A program made the translations under genes and the position numbers. Shown piece by piece: positions 1 to 9,952 of a stretch of 64,000 nt of DNA. Source of the DNA: an uncultured Bdellovibrionales bacterium (GTDB lineage Bacteria > Patescibacteriota > Minisyncoccia > Moranbacterales > UBA1568); NCBI GenBank assembly GCA_964500505.1, contig CAZCNN010000001.1, forward strand, positions 66,621 to 130,620, given 5' to 3'. How positions within the stretch are numbered: position 1 is the first letter of the stretch; each line of letters opens with the position of its first letter. The notes below the pieces were generated by a model. It saw nothing but the letters and a program-made list of their open reading frames with translations, did not search any database and was not told where the DNA came from.

Positions 1-1
1 G

Positions 2-553
2 GCGCACACTATTCGTGATATAGGCGACTGGCGGCTCGTGGTGTTTGATACAAACTTCGACAAGAATACCGACGACGATAGGGGCGCCAAGTCATACACT
101 GTTGGCTATGTCAGTCGCTCGGAACTTGAATGGCTTAGGCGGGCCCTTGAAACTGATCGTCCGACCATCGTGTTTTCGCACCATAGTCCAGTCACGACGC
201 TCAATATTGAGGGTGCGCTTTCGACCAATATCTCAAACGCTGAGGCTGTGCGAGCCATCTTTGAGCATGCCCCTCATGTAGTCGCGGTCGTTTCAGGGCA
301 CACTCCGCGACCGCAGTATCAAGAGTATAACGGGGTACACTATTTTGTCGGCGATACGCTGGTGAACGAAACTGGGCTTGGGGCATTTGCGACGATTGAT
401 GCATACTATAATCCATTTTCTAAACGAGCCGAAATTGTGTTTGAACACTATGGTCAGAATCGTCAATCCTATGCGGCACAGGAGCACATCGTGGATGATA
501 TGTGGGCCAACTGGTGGCGAATGACTCGTGAACAGTGGGCACTGAAGTTTTAG
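2..553 (+). CDS. Calcineurin-like metallophosphoesterase, 5'-truncated by window edge
   Basis: Frame open from base 2; motifs 'ELEWL', 'IVFSHHSP' and 'VVSGHT'. Confidence 0.8.
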   Translation, partial: AHTIRDIGDWRLVVFDTNFDKNTDDDRGAKSYTVGYVSRSELEWLRRALETDRPTIVFSHHSPVTTLNIEGALSTNISNAEAVRAIFEHAPHVVAVVSGHTPRPQYQEYNGVHYFVGDTLVNETGLGAFATIDAYYNPFSKRAEIVFEHYGQNRQSYAAQEHIVDDMWANWWRMTREQWALKF

Positions 554-562
554 GGAAAGAAG

Positions 563-599
563 AAAAAGCCCGGGGTCCTCGCGCGGAGGGCCTCGGGTT
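563..599 (-). terminator. Intrinsic terminator for the 613-771 small ORF
   Basis: GC-rich hairpin CCCGAGGCCCTC...GAGGACCCCGGG followed by a T-tract on the minus strand. Confidence 0.7.
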
Positions 600-612
600 G
601 TTCGTGTGCCAG

Positions 613-771
613 CTACCGGGTGATGGCCAGTGCAGACGTAAGACGACGTCTGGCGTCCTCTGCGAGCAGAGCGTTGTGGGCAATCTGTCGACGCCACTGT
701 TCACTCCCTGCAACGAGATTGGACCACCACTCAAAGGACCAGAGCCACAGGGACAAGGGTGTTGGTATCAT
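613..771 (-). CDS. 52-aa orphan small protein (MIPTPLSLWLWSFEWWSNLVAGSEQWRRQIAHNALLAEDARRRLTSALAITR), not in the ORF track
   Basis: TTGATT-N17-TACACT promoter, GGGAGA SD before ATG, terminator right after the stop. Confidence 0.55.
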   Translation of the reverse strand: MIPTPLSLWLWSFEWWSNLVAGSEQWRRQIAHNALLAEDARRRLTSALAITR

Positions 772-837
772 CTTCGTCTCCCAATCGCACCAAGGTGGCG
801 CGTCATGCTTTGAGTGTATGCCTATGAACGGAAAGAA

Positions 838-2319
838 TCAATTCTTTGTCAATGGTCGGAAGAGTTTCTGGAGTGGGGCGATATCAGTGTCACTGAGCTC
901 CTTGACCAGACGGAGGTAGATGAAGTAGAGGACAAAAAGGAAACCACCTGAGAGGAAGAAGGAGATCGGTCCATGAGGCAGGTATGGAGCTACGAGGGCA
1001 ATCATGAGCGTGCCAAGGAGCGAGAGGAGGATGGTTCGTACGGAGAGCTTCACACGAAAGTGTCGTGCGGTCACCACCAGGATAGCAACCATGAGAAAAA
1101 AAGAAGTAATGGTGGTCGAGAGCGCCGCGCCGACGAGCCCAAAGACTGGAATGAGGAGGACGTTAAAGATGATCATGAGGAGAAATCCGCCACAGGCAAG
1201 GTACATAGGAATTTTGACCAATCCAGCGCCATTGAGGGCAAAAGAGAGAACGTAAAAAACGGTGAGGAATCCGACTCCAACCGCAAAAACGCTCATGGGA
1301 GCGAGGGCCTCGGCATAACGGGCGCCATAAAAGAAATGAAGGACTTGAGAACCAAAGGATATGAGGAGTGTTACCATCGGAAAGAGGAGAAAGGTCATGA
1401 GACGGAGTGAGCGGTTGACGAGGCTTTCGGTGCCAGCTGTGTCCGCTTCGGCCGTGGTCTTGGAGATAGCGGGGAGGAGGATGATAGTGAGAGCATAAAA
1501 GAGAAAATAGGGGATGCGTCCGACGGTGATGGCGGCGTTGTAGATACCGGTTAGGTAGTCGCTCCCGAGCATGCTTTTCACAAAGTACAGGTCGAGGGTA
1601 AGGATGAGTTCATAGAAGAGGAGGAACGCAGTCAGCGGTCCGGCATAAGCCAGGATGGTTTTGCCCGAAAAGAGCGCTACTTCTTTACGCCGGGTGTCTC
1701 TTAGGGTCGGGAAATAGCGGTGGGTGACCAAGAGGTCAAAGAGAATGGCCAACCCGAAGACAAAGAGCGGGGCGATGATATAGCCTGCGATAGCTCCTTC
1801 AACCCCAAAGAATGATGCGAGGAGAACGATAAAGACCACCCGGCTGATTGCTCTGAGGGTTTTGAGGGCGGCTTGGATTCGGAAGAAGTGGAGTCCGGTA
1901 AAGTAGTAAAAGTAAAATGAGGCCGACGCAAAGGCGGGAATAATAAGTGAGGAGAGTTGAAAGAGTGGCGTAAGTGATGGATCGCGGAGGACCCATGCGA
2001 TAAGCGGTGATGCGAAGAAGAAGACGGCGGTCACTGAGAGCATGAGGATGGCCTGAAGCCTGAGTGCTTGGTACTTGATGCCAAGGATTTTCCCTGGGGC
2101 AGACTCAAAGATCTCACTCAGGTATTTGGACATGGCGGTCGGGATGCCGTTTCCGATCAGGATGATGATCATGGTGGTGAGTGTCACCACGAGACCATAG
2201 CGACCATACTCCTCAGGGCCGAGGATACGCCCGAGTGACGACTGGATAATGTAGCCACCGATGTTGTAGATGACCTCTGAGAGGGTCAGCCACACCAGTG
2301 CTTGAGAGAATTTTTTCAT
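838..2319 (-). CDS. Polysaccharide flippase (Wzx/MOP family)
   Basis: About 14 TM segments, 'LGRILGPEEYGRY', 'GIYNAA', 'PVFGLVGAALST'. Confidence 0.88.
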   Translation of the reverse strand: MKKFSQALVWLTLSEVIYNIGGYIIQSSLGRILGPEEYGRYGLVVTLTTMIIILIGNGIPTAMSKYLSEIFESAPGKILGIKYQALRLQAILMLSVTAVFFFASPLIAWVLRDPSLTPLFQLSSLIIPAFASASFYFYYFTGLHFFRIQAALKTLRAISRVVFIVLLASFFGVEGAIAGYIIAPLFVFGLAILFDLLVTHRYFPTLRDTRRKEVALFSGKTILAYAGPLTAFLLFYELILTLDLYFVKSMLGSDYLTGIYNAAITVGRIPYFLFYALTIILLPAISKTTAEADTAGTESLVNRSLRLMTFLLFPMVTLLISFGSQVLHFFYGARYAEALAPMSVFAVGVGFLTVFYVLSFALNGAGLVKIPMYLACGGFLLMIIFNVLLIPVFGLVGAALSTTITSFFLMVAILVVTARHFRVKLSVRTILLSLLGTLMIALVAPYLPHGPISFFLSGGFLFVLYFIYLRLVKELSDTDIAPLQKLFRPLTKN

Positions 2320-2526
2320 ACTATGTTGTTACACGTTCTCTTTAAAATCTTCCTTTTCCTACCCTTGCGTATCCGTCGAACACTTCTTTGCTCGCTTCGC
2401 CGAACGGGGAGCTGTCTTGTACCGAGGTGTCAATCACGCTCGACCGTTACCGGCACGCTCACAAGAAATGTTACCGACGTCACATCGGGAGTACAGAAAA
2501 GAAAGATTTCAAGAGAACGTCCCGAC

Positions 2527-3150
2527 TCAAACATTTAACCCCCGTGCAATTTCTTGAAAAATGCTTTCTTTGCTCTGATGTGCGTCGATCACGATCAAAT
2601 CCCACTCGGCGGTACGATGCTTGAAGAGTTCCATCTTGGTACGGAGATAGTCGATGCCTTGCTCTGGGGCGCGCTCACGGGTCATGATGGCCTCTGGTGT
2701 GAGGTCAAAGTAGAAACAGACGTCTGCCTTGGGGGTATACCTGGCGAGCCAGTTGATACCAAAGCGGATAGGCCAAGAGAAGAATCGGACGTCTCGTGCG
2801 AGATAGTCGAGATTCACGACGGAGTCGTAGAATGAACGATCGGACAAGAGGTAATCATACCCTTGCCCCTCGAGTGATCGGCGGAGAAACGTAAAGCGAA
2901 TCATATCGATCAAAAGAAACTTCTCGCGGAGCACGAGAGAGAGCCATGAGGCCTCTGTAACAGCCTTTTCCTGGCCAGGCTCGAAGTGCTTCTTTCCGTG
3001 CAAACATCTCGCAATTTTATTGGCCAACGAAAACTCCACCGCATGAAAATATGCTACTTTCTTGCCTGATTGCTCCAGTTTACTGCGAAGGAGTTCGAGC
3101 TGAGTAGACTTCCCTGAACCATCCACGCCTGAGAGGGTGATATAGTACAT
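2527..3150 (-). CDS. Thymidylate-kinase-like P-loop kinase
   Basis: 'YITLSGVDGSGKSTQ' Walker A, 'LLSDRSFYD', 'IVIDA'; start taken at the ATG just after the Nudix stop. Confidence 0.75.
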   Translation of the reverse strand: MYYITLSGVDGSGKSTQLELLRSKLEQSGKKVAYFHAVEFSLANKIARCLHGKKHFEPGQEKAVTEASWLSLVLREKFLLIDMIRFTFLRRSLEGQGYDYLLSDRSFYDSVVNLDYLARDVRFFSWPIRFGINWLARYTPKADVCFYFDLTPEAIMTRERAPEQGIDYLRTKMELFKHRTAEWDLIVIDAHQSKESIFQEIARGLNV

Positions 3151-3152
3151 AG

Positions 3153-3590
3153 TTATTTCCAACCAAATTCACTGTAAGGAATAGTATTGAGGGAATTTTC
3201 AATTGCTTGGCGCACGTAGGGGATGGTATTTTCTGGCAGGTTGTCTACGGGAAACCAAGAAAGATCATCGCATTTTTCCGGTTCTTTGTTCTCGGGCGTC
3301 CCAGTCCATTCATCAGCCAGGTAGTATACGTCAACATATTCTCTCTCAGGACTTTTTCGATGCATGACATGGGAGACCTTAGCGTTTTTCACTGGGAGGT
3401 CAATTCCTATCTCCTCTCTTGCTTCGCGAATGAGCGCTTGCGTGAATGATTCACTGGGTTCCGCATGTCCAGCAGGGAGAGAGTACTTTCCATCTTCAAA
3501 ACCAGTGTTGTGCCGTCTTGACAAAAGAACTTTTGCATCTTGAACAAGTATGATATATGATGCCACGAACGTATGAGGATTGTGTGCCAT
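3153..3590 (-). CDS. NUDIX hydrolase
   Basis: Nudix box 'PAGHAEPSESFTQALIREAREEIG'; 'NKEPEKCDDLSWF'. Confidence 0.9.
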   Translation of the reverse strand: MAHNPHTFVASYIILVQDAKVLLSRRHNTGFEDGKYSLPAGHAEPSESFTQALIREAREEIGIDLPVKNAKVSHVMHRKSPEREYVDVYYLADEWTGTPENKEPEKCDDLSWFPVDNLPENTIPYVRQAIENSLNTIPYSEFGWK

Positions 3591-3631
3591 TGCGTTGACT
3601 GCTGATTGATGTTAGATGATTGAGCTTTTAG

Positions 3632-5137
3632 TTAGTACATGATGACTGAGATAGGCTCAAGTTTGACGACAGGCTTAACGATGTTATTGGCGACGACGCT
3701 CTCGATGACATCTTCGGCACGTTTGTAGTGCGATGAATCCTGTTCGATTACCTTGGAGGAGCGACCGTTGTAGAGTTTAACACCCCGGGTAGCGAGTTTT
3801 TCGTGGAGAGCTTCTTTACTTTCCGGTACGACATCGTCTGATTTCTTGACTGACTTACCAGCTCCGTGATTACAGGAGTAAAGGCTCGAGTCATTGCCGT
3901 CCTGGCCGACGCAGAGATAGGCCTCGGTACTCATGGACGTCGGAATAAAAGCCGGCTCGCCAGTGTCCTTGAATGTTGGGTGAGTGGTCATGCGACTTGG
4001 ACCATAGGCGCGACTGGTGCCATTGCGGTGCACCCACACATTCTTACCGTAGTGTTCTTCTTGGGAAACGAGGATATGAGGCATGTCGTAGAGGAGATCG
4101 GCCTCGATACTCCGTCCCAGCACTTTCTCGGCTGTAGTTATGAAATTATGGGTGATGGTGGCGCGGTTGGCGTGAGCAAAGTTGGAGCACGCGCGTCTCG
4201 CCGCCATATAGAGCCGGCCGTCCTCGCTCTCGCCATCAAAGGTGATGAGGGGTTCTGCCTTGCCAAAATCCGAGGCACGAATCTTGTCGGCGATACGAGC
4301 GACTGTTTTCTTGAAAGGAGTGAACCAGAAGAAGCGACCAATGTTCATAAGGATGGCCGTCGAGAGGTGCTCATGCTTTTTGGCGGTAAACATGTACATC
4401 GTGTACTGGCCGAGGATACCTGAGCCACAGTGAATCATGAGGATGTACTGGCCCTTGCGCAGGTTGAATCGCGCTGCTATCTCTGGGTCAACGACGTCAG
4501 TCACTTTCATGAGGTCGAGGAAGTGGTTGCCGGCTGCGCCGATGATGCCCGAGCGGAACTGGGCAAAAAAGAGAAAGAGGGGCGGGATGATATTCATGAT
4601 GCCCCGTCGAGTAGGCGCAACGTCAAAGAAGTTGCCTCGGTCTATCGAGTTTTCGGCCTCATGCTTCGTCTTGATACCGAGGTACTCGATGAGGGGAGCG
4701 ATACCGAGACGGCAGATATCGACAATCACACGGAAAGGGAGGACTGTGCCAACTACTTTTTTGGTCGGGACCGTCTTGGTCGCCGCCTGAAAAATTCGGT
4801 CAATTTCCGTGGGCGTGATGTTGGTGTCATCGAGATCGAGCCTGACGAGACGCATCCCACAGGCCGGGTCACTGTCGTTTACCTGGGGCAGGATGTATTG
4901 CTCGGAAGCGACTGTGGTGCCTGTGGCGTTTTTGCGACCAGGTTTACTGTGTACATCGGCCATGGCCGCGACGTGATGAAAGATGCAACCATTGGCTGCC
5001 ACGCTCTCCAGTTGCTTCATGGTTTCGTCACCGGGCATGAGTTTGTCACCCACATGAAAAACAACCGGAACCGACATCTTCGGTGTCTGAAACTCTTGTT
5101 TGTGGTCGGTAATTTTCTTGATGTTCTGTTCGTACAT
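3632..5137 (-). CDS. Divergent RtcB-family (GTP/Mn-dependent ligase fold) protein
   Basis: Motifs MADVH, DPACG, GNHF, IHCGS, YDMPH, VHRNG, IPTSMS, NHGAG, HYK in RtcB order. Confidence 0.85.
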   Translation of the reverse strand: MYEQNIKKITDHKQEFQTPKMSVPVVFHVGDKLMPGDETMKQLESVAANGCIFHHVAAMADVHSKPGRKNATGTTVASEQYILPQVNDSDPACGMRLVRLDLDDTNITPTEIDRIFQAATKTVPTKKVVGTVLPFRVIVDICRLGIAPLIEYLGIKTKHEAENSIDRGNFFDVAPTRRGIMNIIPPLFLFFAQFRSGIIGAAGNHFLDLMKVTDVVDPEIAARFNLRKGQYILMIHCGSGILGQYTMYMFTAKKHEHLSTAILMNIGRFFWFTPFKKTVARIADKIRASDFGKAEPLITFDGESEDGRLYMAARRACSNFAHANRATITHNFITTAEKVLGRSIEADLLYDMPHILVSQEEHYGKNVWVHRNGTSRAYGPSRMTTHPTFKDTGEPAFIPTSMSTEAYLCVGQDGNDSSLYSCNHGAGKSVKKSDDVVPESKEALHEKLATRGVKLYNGRSSKVIEQDSSHYKRAEDVIESVVANNIVKPVVKLEPISVIMY

Positions 5138-5149
5138 AGAACTAAGCGA

Positions 5150-5257
5150 AAACTAAATTTCTAATTTTGAATCAAATCCGAATGCACAAATTTTGAAAAT
5201 TCTAAAATTTGAAAATTAAGAAATTGATTGGAAATTTGAAATTGAGAATTAGAAATT
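5150..5257. repeat. Degenerate AT-rich heptamer tract (GAAATTT-like)
   Basis: gaaattt gaaattg agaatta gaaatt and similar units in the intergenic gap. Confidence 0.55.
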
Positions 5258-5262
5258 CCTCG

Positions 5263-6384
5263 TTACAACGAGGCGTATATTTCTTCGTACTGTTTGGCAG
5301 TATTTTTGAGGTCAAAGTGGTCTTTGACGTAGCGACGGGCATTGTCGCCGAGACGGTGCTGCTCTTCGATATTATCCTTTATATAAGCCAAAGATTCGAT
5401 GAGTTTATCACCCGAATCTTTCGGGATTGTAACACAAATATCGGGGTTTGTAAATTCAGCAAACTGGGGGAGATCGGAGAGGATAACTGGTTTACCGCAG
5501 GCATAAGCCTCGATGATGATAAGTGGGACATCAAACTTTCCTTTGAGATTTTCAACCGGAAAGATGACGACATCCGCGGTGTTGTAGAGCGAGGGCATGT
5601 CGGTGGTAGCGCTCTGTTCGTCGAAGAGAATATGCTTTTCTAAGCCCGCGCTTTTTACTCTAGCTCTGATATCTTCGCGTTTGGCGCGGTCGGCTTCATT
5701 TTTGATTCGACAAGCAAAGAGAAATTTCATGTTGGACTCGGGGTGTTCGGTGAAGTAGCGGAGAAAAGTCTCAGCGAGCATGTCGGTGGCACCGAGGCGA
5801 GTGTATTCGCCGGGGTAGATAACCAAGAAGTCATCGGGAGTGAGGTCGTAGGTCGCGAGAACAGCCGGATTCTTATCTCTGGGTTGGTAGAGGTCGAGGT
5901 CGATGCCAGGATAAATACGGCTAACGTTCCGAAAGCCGAGTGTCTCGAGCTTATTCTTGGTGCGGTCGGTATAGACGATAATCCGATCAGCAAAGAGGAG
6001 GGAACGGAGTTCTGTGGGTGTGTAGAGGTCTTCACGGAGCGTCGCTACCGTCTGGAGGGTACGTCCGGTTGGCCGTGCCAGCCATTTGATGAGATTGGTG
6101 TTTTGCTTGGTCGGGGTAAAGAGATAGTGAGTGACATCATAGTCCCGCCTGGTCCGACGGAGATAGGCGAGCAGGCGGAGCTTGGTTGCTAGGTCAAAGT
6201 GACCATGAGAAAAGATGCGCTCTTCATGAGCACTCGCCGGGAGACCAGAGAGTGGCACGCTCGTCGTGAGGAGAGTGAGCGCGTGGTCGGTCACTTCACG
6301 ACCGAGGAAGTAGGCGAAGTTTTTGGAGGCCTCATCCCATGGCGGGACGAGCGGTCGAGTGGCGAGGAGGACTTTTTTGGACAT
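5263..6384 (-). CDS. Glycosyltransferase family 4
   Basis: 'PGIDL', 'PLIIIEAYACGKPVILSD'. Confidence 0.9.
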   Translation of the reverse strand: MSKKVLLATRPLVPPWDEASKNFAYFLGREVTDHALTLLTTSVPLSGLPASAHEERIFSHGHFDLATKLRLLAYLRRTRRDYDVTHYLFTPTKQNTNLIKWLARPTGRTLQTVATLREDLYTPTELRSLLFADRIIVYTDRTKNKLETLGFRNVSRIYPGIDLDLYQPRDKNPAVLATYDLTPDDFLVIYPGEYTRLGATDMLAETFLRYFTEHPESNMKFLFACRIKNEADRAKREDIRARVKSAGLEKHILFDEQSATTDMPSLYNTADVVIFPVENLKGKFDVPLIIIEAYACGKPVILSDLPQFAEFTNPDICVTIPKDSGDKLIESLAYIKDNIEEQHRLGDNARRYVKDHFDLKNTAKQYEEIYASL

Positions 6385-6388
6385 AGTG

Positions 6389-6763
6389 CTAGCGATAAAT
6401 GGCTTTCTTTTGGGTCCCCGTGGTGACCGTGATGACGGTGCGAGAGGCGGAGGAGGGCACGGTAGGGGTGAGTGTCTTTGATTGACCTTTGGGGAGCGAA
6501 AACGTTTCTTCTGAGATGAGAGTGTTTCCTTCGGTGATGGTTGCCCGAAATTCGGTGTTATTACTATGATTTTCGACAGTATAGGTAAAACTTTTGTCGT
6601 TCATGGGTTCGTCAAAAGAGAGAATCCACCAGTCTTTGCCGAGATTCTGGTCGAGGCCACGCTCGTTTTGCCAAAAGAGATAGAGGCTACTCACGGCAAA
6701 GAGGAGTACAAAGAGGAGTACAAAGAGGAGGATGAGGCGGTTTTCAGTGAAGGATGTTTTCAT
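6389..6763 (-). CDS. Membrane-anchored hypothetical protein
   Basis: N-terminal TM then beta-rich domain; ATGA overlap with the upstream gene. Confidence 0.7.
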   Translation of the reverse strand: MKTSFTENRLILLFVLLFVLLFAVSSLYLFWQNERGLDQNLGKDWWILSFDEPMNDKSFTYTVENHSNNTEFRATITEGNTLISEETFSLPKGQSKTLTPTVPSSASRTVITVTTGTQKKAIYR

Positions 6764-8718
6764 TGCCCTCGAGTATAGATGTGAATGGTATCGGTTGCGT
6801 AGATGCGGACAAAATCATCTGACTTCTCAAAAGGAGTAACGTCGTATTTCGGATTGACGACGACTATATTCGTCCCAGTTTCAGTGTAGCATTTTTCGCC
6901 ACGCGCGGTGTTGGGGACGGAAATCATGAGGAGGGTACACTGTTCGCGATTGGGGTTGTCTTCGTAGCGTTTAAAGAAGCCACGAGAGAGCGGGTAGCTA
7001 TAGTCACGGAGGAAAAAGAGTTTCATCCAGGCGTCACCGACGATATAGTTGTGATCCTTGAGGATGAGGTCATCTGATCCGGCGTGGGAGGCGAGGTAGC
7101 TCGAGGCTCGAAAGGTTTCGACGGCAGAAAGAGCCTTGCTTTCGGCGAGGAGGGACTGGCCATTGTCATACGAGCCACTGCCAAGCGCAAAGAAAAATGA
7201 TGTGATCGAAAAAAGAAATACCGCGAAGCCTGGGAGTACCAAGCGTTTCCGGTCGCCACGAAGCGTAGCGAGGGCAAAAACAAAAGCAAAGGAAGCGAGG
7301 AGCCCGAGGGGAAATGACAGATAGGCCCCGATCCGATTGCTGGGGATATTGATGAAGAGGAGATGCGGGAAGAGAGTCATCATGAGGAGAATGCCGCCCC
7401 AGCCGACGAGGAACGCGCTCCCGTAGCGATATTTGTCTCGAAGGAATGCGATGAGGAAGAGTCCGGCGAGACCGAGGGCGACTCTCGCTTCGCCCGATGA
7501 AAATGTCACCTGATACAGTGAGAGCCCGGTACGAGTGGTTTTGGTCGGGGTACCGAGTGCGGTCCCGACGGCACGGGTCTCGATATAGGTCGGCATGGCG
7601 ACGAGGAAGAAAAACAAGCAGGCGAGCAGAGCTATGATGAGAGGTTTGGGTTGAAGGAAAAGAGCGAGCCATTCTCGAGCGATAGTCGCGATATTCTGCC
7701 ACTGCCAGATGATGAAGACCAAGACTGAGGCACCAAGGGCAAAGAGGGTGATGAGAGTGCTCAGGTGGTGGATATAGGCGAGCGCAAAGGTGAGGAAGAA
7801 TCCGAGAGCTAGGAAGTCTGAGCGCTTCTCACGAAAAGCTCGGAGGTAGGCGAGGATAATGAGGGGAATAAAAAGGTTGCCGAGAGTATTTCCCACTACA
7901 CCACCAGAGACGAACTTGGCTTGGGGTGAGGCGAGGGTATAGAGCGGACCAAAGAAGAGGAGCGTGGCAAGTGCAATACGCTCAGGCGTAAAGAATGGAT
8001 GATGGTCAGAAGACTCTGCAAAGCTCTCGGCAAGCGCCCGAGCGAGCGCCACGAGTGCGAGGAGAGCAAGGAGATTGATAAATAGGAGAAAGACGATCGG
8101 GAAGGCGGTAAAAAATCCGATGCCAGAGAGGATAGAAATCGCAGCAAAAGGGAGGTGCTCACCAATGATAAAGTCAGCGATCGGCTCTGGCTCGGTCACA
8201 GAGTAAGTGCCAGAAGCGTTGGTCACGATGTCTCGCTTGGCATACTCGGGGAGCATACCAGTCTGTGTAATGAGCGCTGACCAGTACATGTGGTGCCCGA
8301 GGTCAGTCGAGGTCGGGAGGACGGCGTGCGAGAGGTAGATGGTTTTCAGGAGCACGGTGAGGATGATGAGGAGTGCAAAGAGTACTGTCCCACGCTTACT
8401 CCAACTGTGGGGAGTGGTGGATTCACTTGAGGCGGGAGAGACATGGTTTCGGATAAAGAGCGAGAGAGCAAGGAGCACTCCAAATCCGAGGAGGGCAAGA
8501 CTCAGTGAGAGTGTGGTGAAGCGTATGCCCGCTTGTCCGAGGAGGATCATCCCGAAATTAAGGAGGCCGAGACCCACCACAAATGAGAGCACAAACGTCT
8601 CAAGCGGAGTGAGTACTGCCCCACGTTTGAGAAACAGCTTGAGGAGGAGCCAGCCAGGCACAAAAAAGAGGGCCCCGGTAGCGAGCAAGAAAAGTAGAGT
8701 GTCTGTAAAGGCGATCAT
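6760..8718 (-). CDS. Polytopic membrane protein, probable GT-C-fold glycosyltransferase
   Basis: More than 12 TMs, first large loop 'TDLGHHMYW', soluble C-terminal domain, located in a GT operon. Confidence 0.65.
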   Translation of the reverse strand: MIAFTDTLLFLLATGALFFVPGWLLLKLFLKRGAVLTPLETFVLSFVVGLGLLNFGMILLGQAGIRFTTLSLSLALLGFGVLLALSLFIRNHVSPASSESTTPHSWSKRGTVLFALLIILTVLLKTIYLSHAVLPTSTDLGHHMYWSALITQTGMLPEYAKRDIVTNASGTYSVTEPEPIADFIIGEHLPFAAISILSGIGFFTAFPIVFLLFINLLALLALVALARALAESFAESSDHHPFFTPERIALATLLFFGPLYTLASPQAKFVSGGVVGNTLGNLFIPLIILAYLRAFREKRSDFLALGFFLTFALAYIHHLSTLITLFALGASVLVFIIWQWQNIATIAREWLALFLQPKPLIIALLACLFFFLVAMPTYIETRAVGTALGTPTKTTRTGLSLYQVTFSSGEARVALGLAGLFLIAFLRDKYRYGSAFLVGWGGILLMMTLFPHLLFINIPSNRIGAYLSFPLGLLASFAFVFALATLRGDRKRLVLPGFAVFLFSITSFFFALGSGSYDNGQSLLAESKALSAVETFRASSYLASHAGSDDLILKDHNYIVGDAWMKLFFLRDYSYPLSRGFFKRYEDNPNREQCTLLMISVPNTARGEKCYTETGTNIVVVNPKYDVTPFEKSDDFVRIYATDTIHIYTRGQ

Positions 8719-9839
8719 GATGCTTTGATTTTGAGTGTCTTCTCTAGTACCTCGACGTATCGGAGTGAGATAGTATCCCAGTGGTAATGTTCTCGGGTGT
8801 AACGGGAGGCTCGTTCTCCGAGGTCGCGTCTCTTTCTTTCATCTGAGAGGAGGTTCTCGATGGCAGTTTTCCAGGCTGTGGCATTGCCAGGTTCAACCAA
8901 GATCCCATTCTCTCCCTCTATAATAGCATCTTTGAGGCCCTGGAGGTTTGAGGTAATAACAGGACGGCCACAGAGGGCTGCCTCGATGACCGAGATACCA
9001 AATCCTTCCATAGTGCCTGGGACTTCTATGTTCGGTGAGATGACGATGTCGGCGGTGTGGTAGAGGAGCTTGATATCGTTCCAGACAAGATTGGTGAGGA
9101 GCTTCACCCGATGCTCCAGACCAAGCTCGGTCACTGCAGTCTCACAAGCTGGGTAAAGATCAGCGTCGCCTGGCGTGTTTGCTTTGACGCGAGGACCAGC
9201 GGCTACAAAGAGCACATTCTCTGGCAAGAGAGGCATAACGTTCCGTAGAAACCACTCGACGCCCTTGTGTTTCACGTAGCGCGCTACGCGAACAATGACG
9301 ATTTTTTCCTCGAGGTTCTCGCCAAGAAATGTCGCAAGATCGTGGCGTGAATAATTTCCTTCGAGTGTCGCCGGGTCAACACCATTATTCACAACGACAC
9401 ACTGAGATGCTGGGATACCGGCTCTTTCCGCTGTCTCTTTGGTTTCGCGACTGACACAGATGAGGATGTCGAGCTCTTTGAGACAAGGGATATTCACCGT
9501 CGCGTAGACCCAAGGGAGGAATCCTCGCTTGGTAGCGAAAGTAATATCGAGCCCATGCAGGACCGAGGCCACGACCTTCTTGGGATAGCAGAGCTTCATG
9601 ACATATCCGAGAGGTCCCATCACTCCGTCGCCCAGGAGGACGGCATCGTAGCGTGGTAAGAGCCAGAGGCTCTTCAGGAGTACCCATGGCAAAAACCACG
9701 GAAGTGCTACCTTGCCACCATGATTTGCCAGCGTGCGGACAGTCGCGTGCTTTGGGAGCCACTCCGCGAGCGCCGCATTTTGGTTCTCAATTCCACCAGT
9801 AATCGGAGGAAAGGCACGGGAAATGAAGAGGATTTTCAT
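8715..9839 (-). CDS. Glycosyltransferase family 4
   Basis: 'FPPITGGIE', 'EGFGISVIEAALCGRPVI'. Confidence 0.92.
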   Translation of the reverse strand: MKILFISRAFPPITGGIENQNAALAEWLPKHATVRTLANHGGKVALPWFLPWVLLKSLWLLPRYDAVLLGDGVMGPLGYVMKLCYPKKVVASVLHGLDITFATKRGFLPWVYATVNIPCLKELDILICVSRETKETAERAGIPASQCVVVNNGVDPATLEGNYSRHDLATFLGENLEEKIVIVRVARYVKHKGVEWFLRNVMPLLPENVLFVAAGPRVKANTPGDADLYPACETAVTELGLEHRVKLLTNLVWNDIKLLYHTADIVISPNIEVPGTMEGFGISVIEAALCGRPVITSNLQGLKDAIIEGENGILVEPGNATAWKTAIENLLSDERKRRDLGERASRYTREHYHWDTISLRYVEVLEKTLKIKAS

Positions 9840-9897
9840 GAGACAAACAGGGATATTTATGGCTTAATTGTAACTTTTTTCTGCGGCTTCGTCACTA

Positions 9898-9926
9898 TTG
9901 ACTTTAACTAAAAAAAGGTGTATAAT
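9898..9926 (+). promoter_or_regulatory. Near-consensus sigma70 promoter
   Basis: TTGACT-N17-TATAAT. Confidence 0.8.
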
Positions 9927-9952
9927 ATTAGGTTCGTTAAAAAGTTAAGAAA

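Noticed and set aside
2320-2526. 200-bp gap between the kinase and flippase as a possible gene or ncRNA
   Set aside because: Only ~30-codon frames without convincing signals and no clear stable structure; left unexplained.
3632-5137. RtcB-like protein splicing the inserts out of the tRNA-Thr pseudogene
   Set aside because: No bulge-helix-bulge motifs seen, the reconstructed tRNA has mismatched stems or a collapsed T-arm, and the gene context points to glycans.
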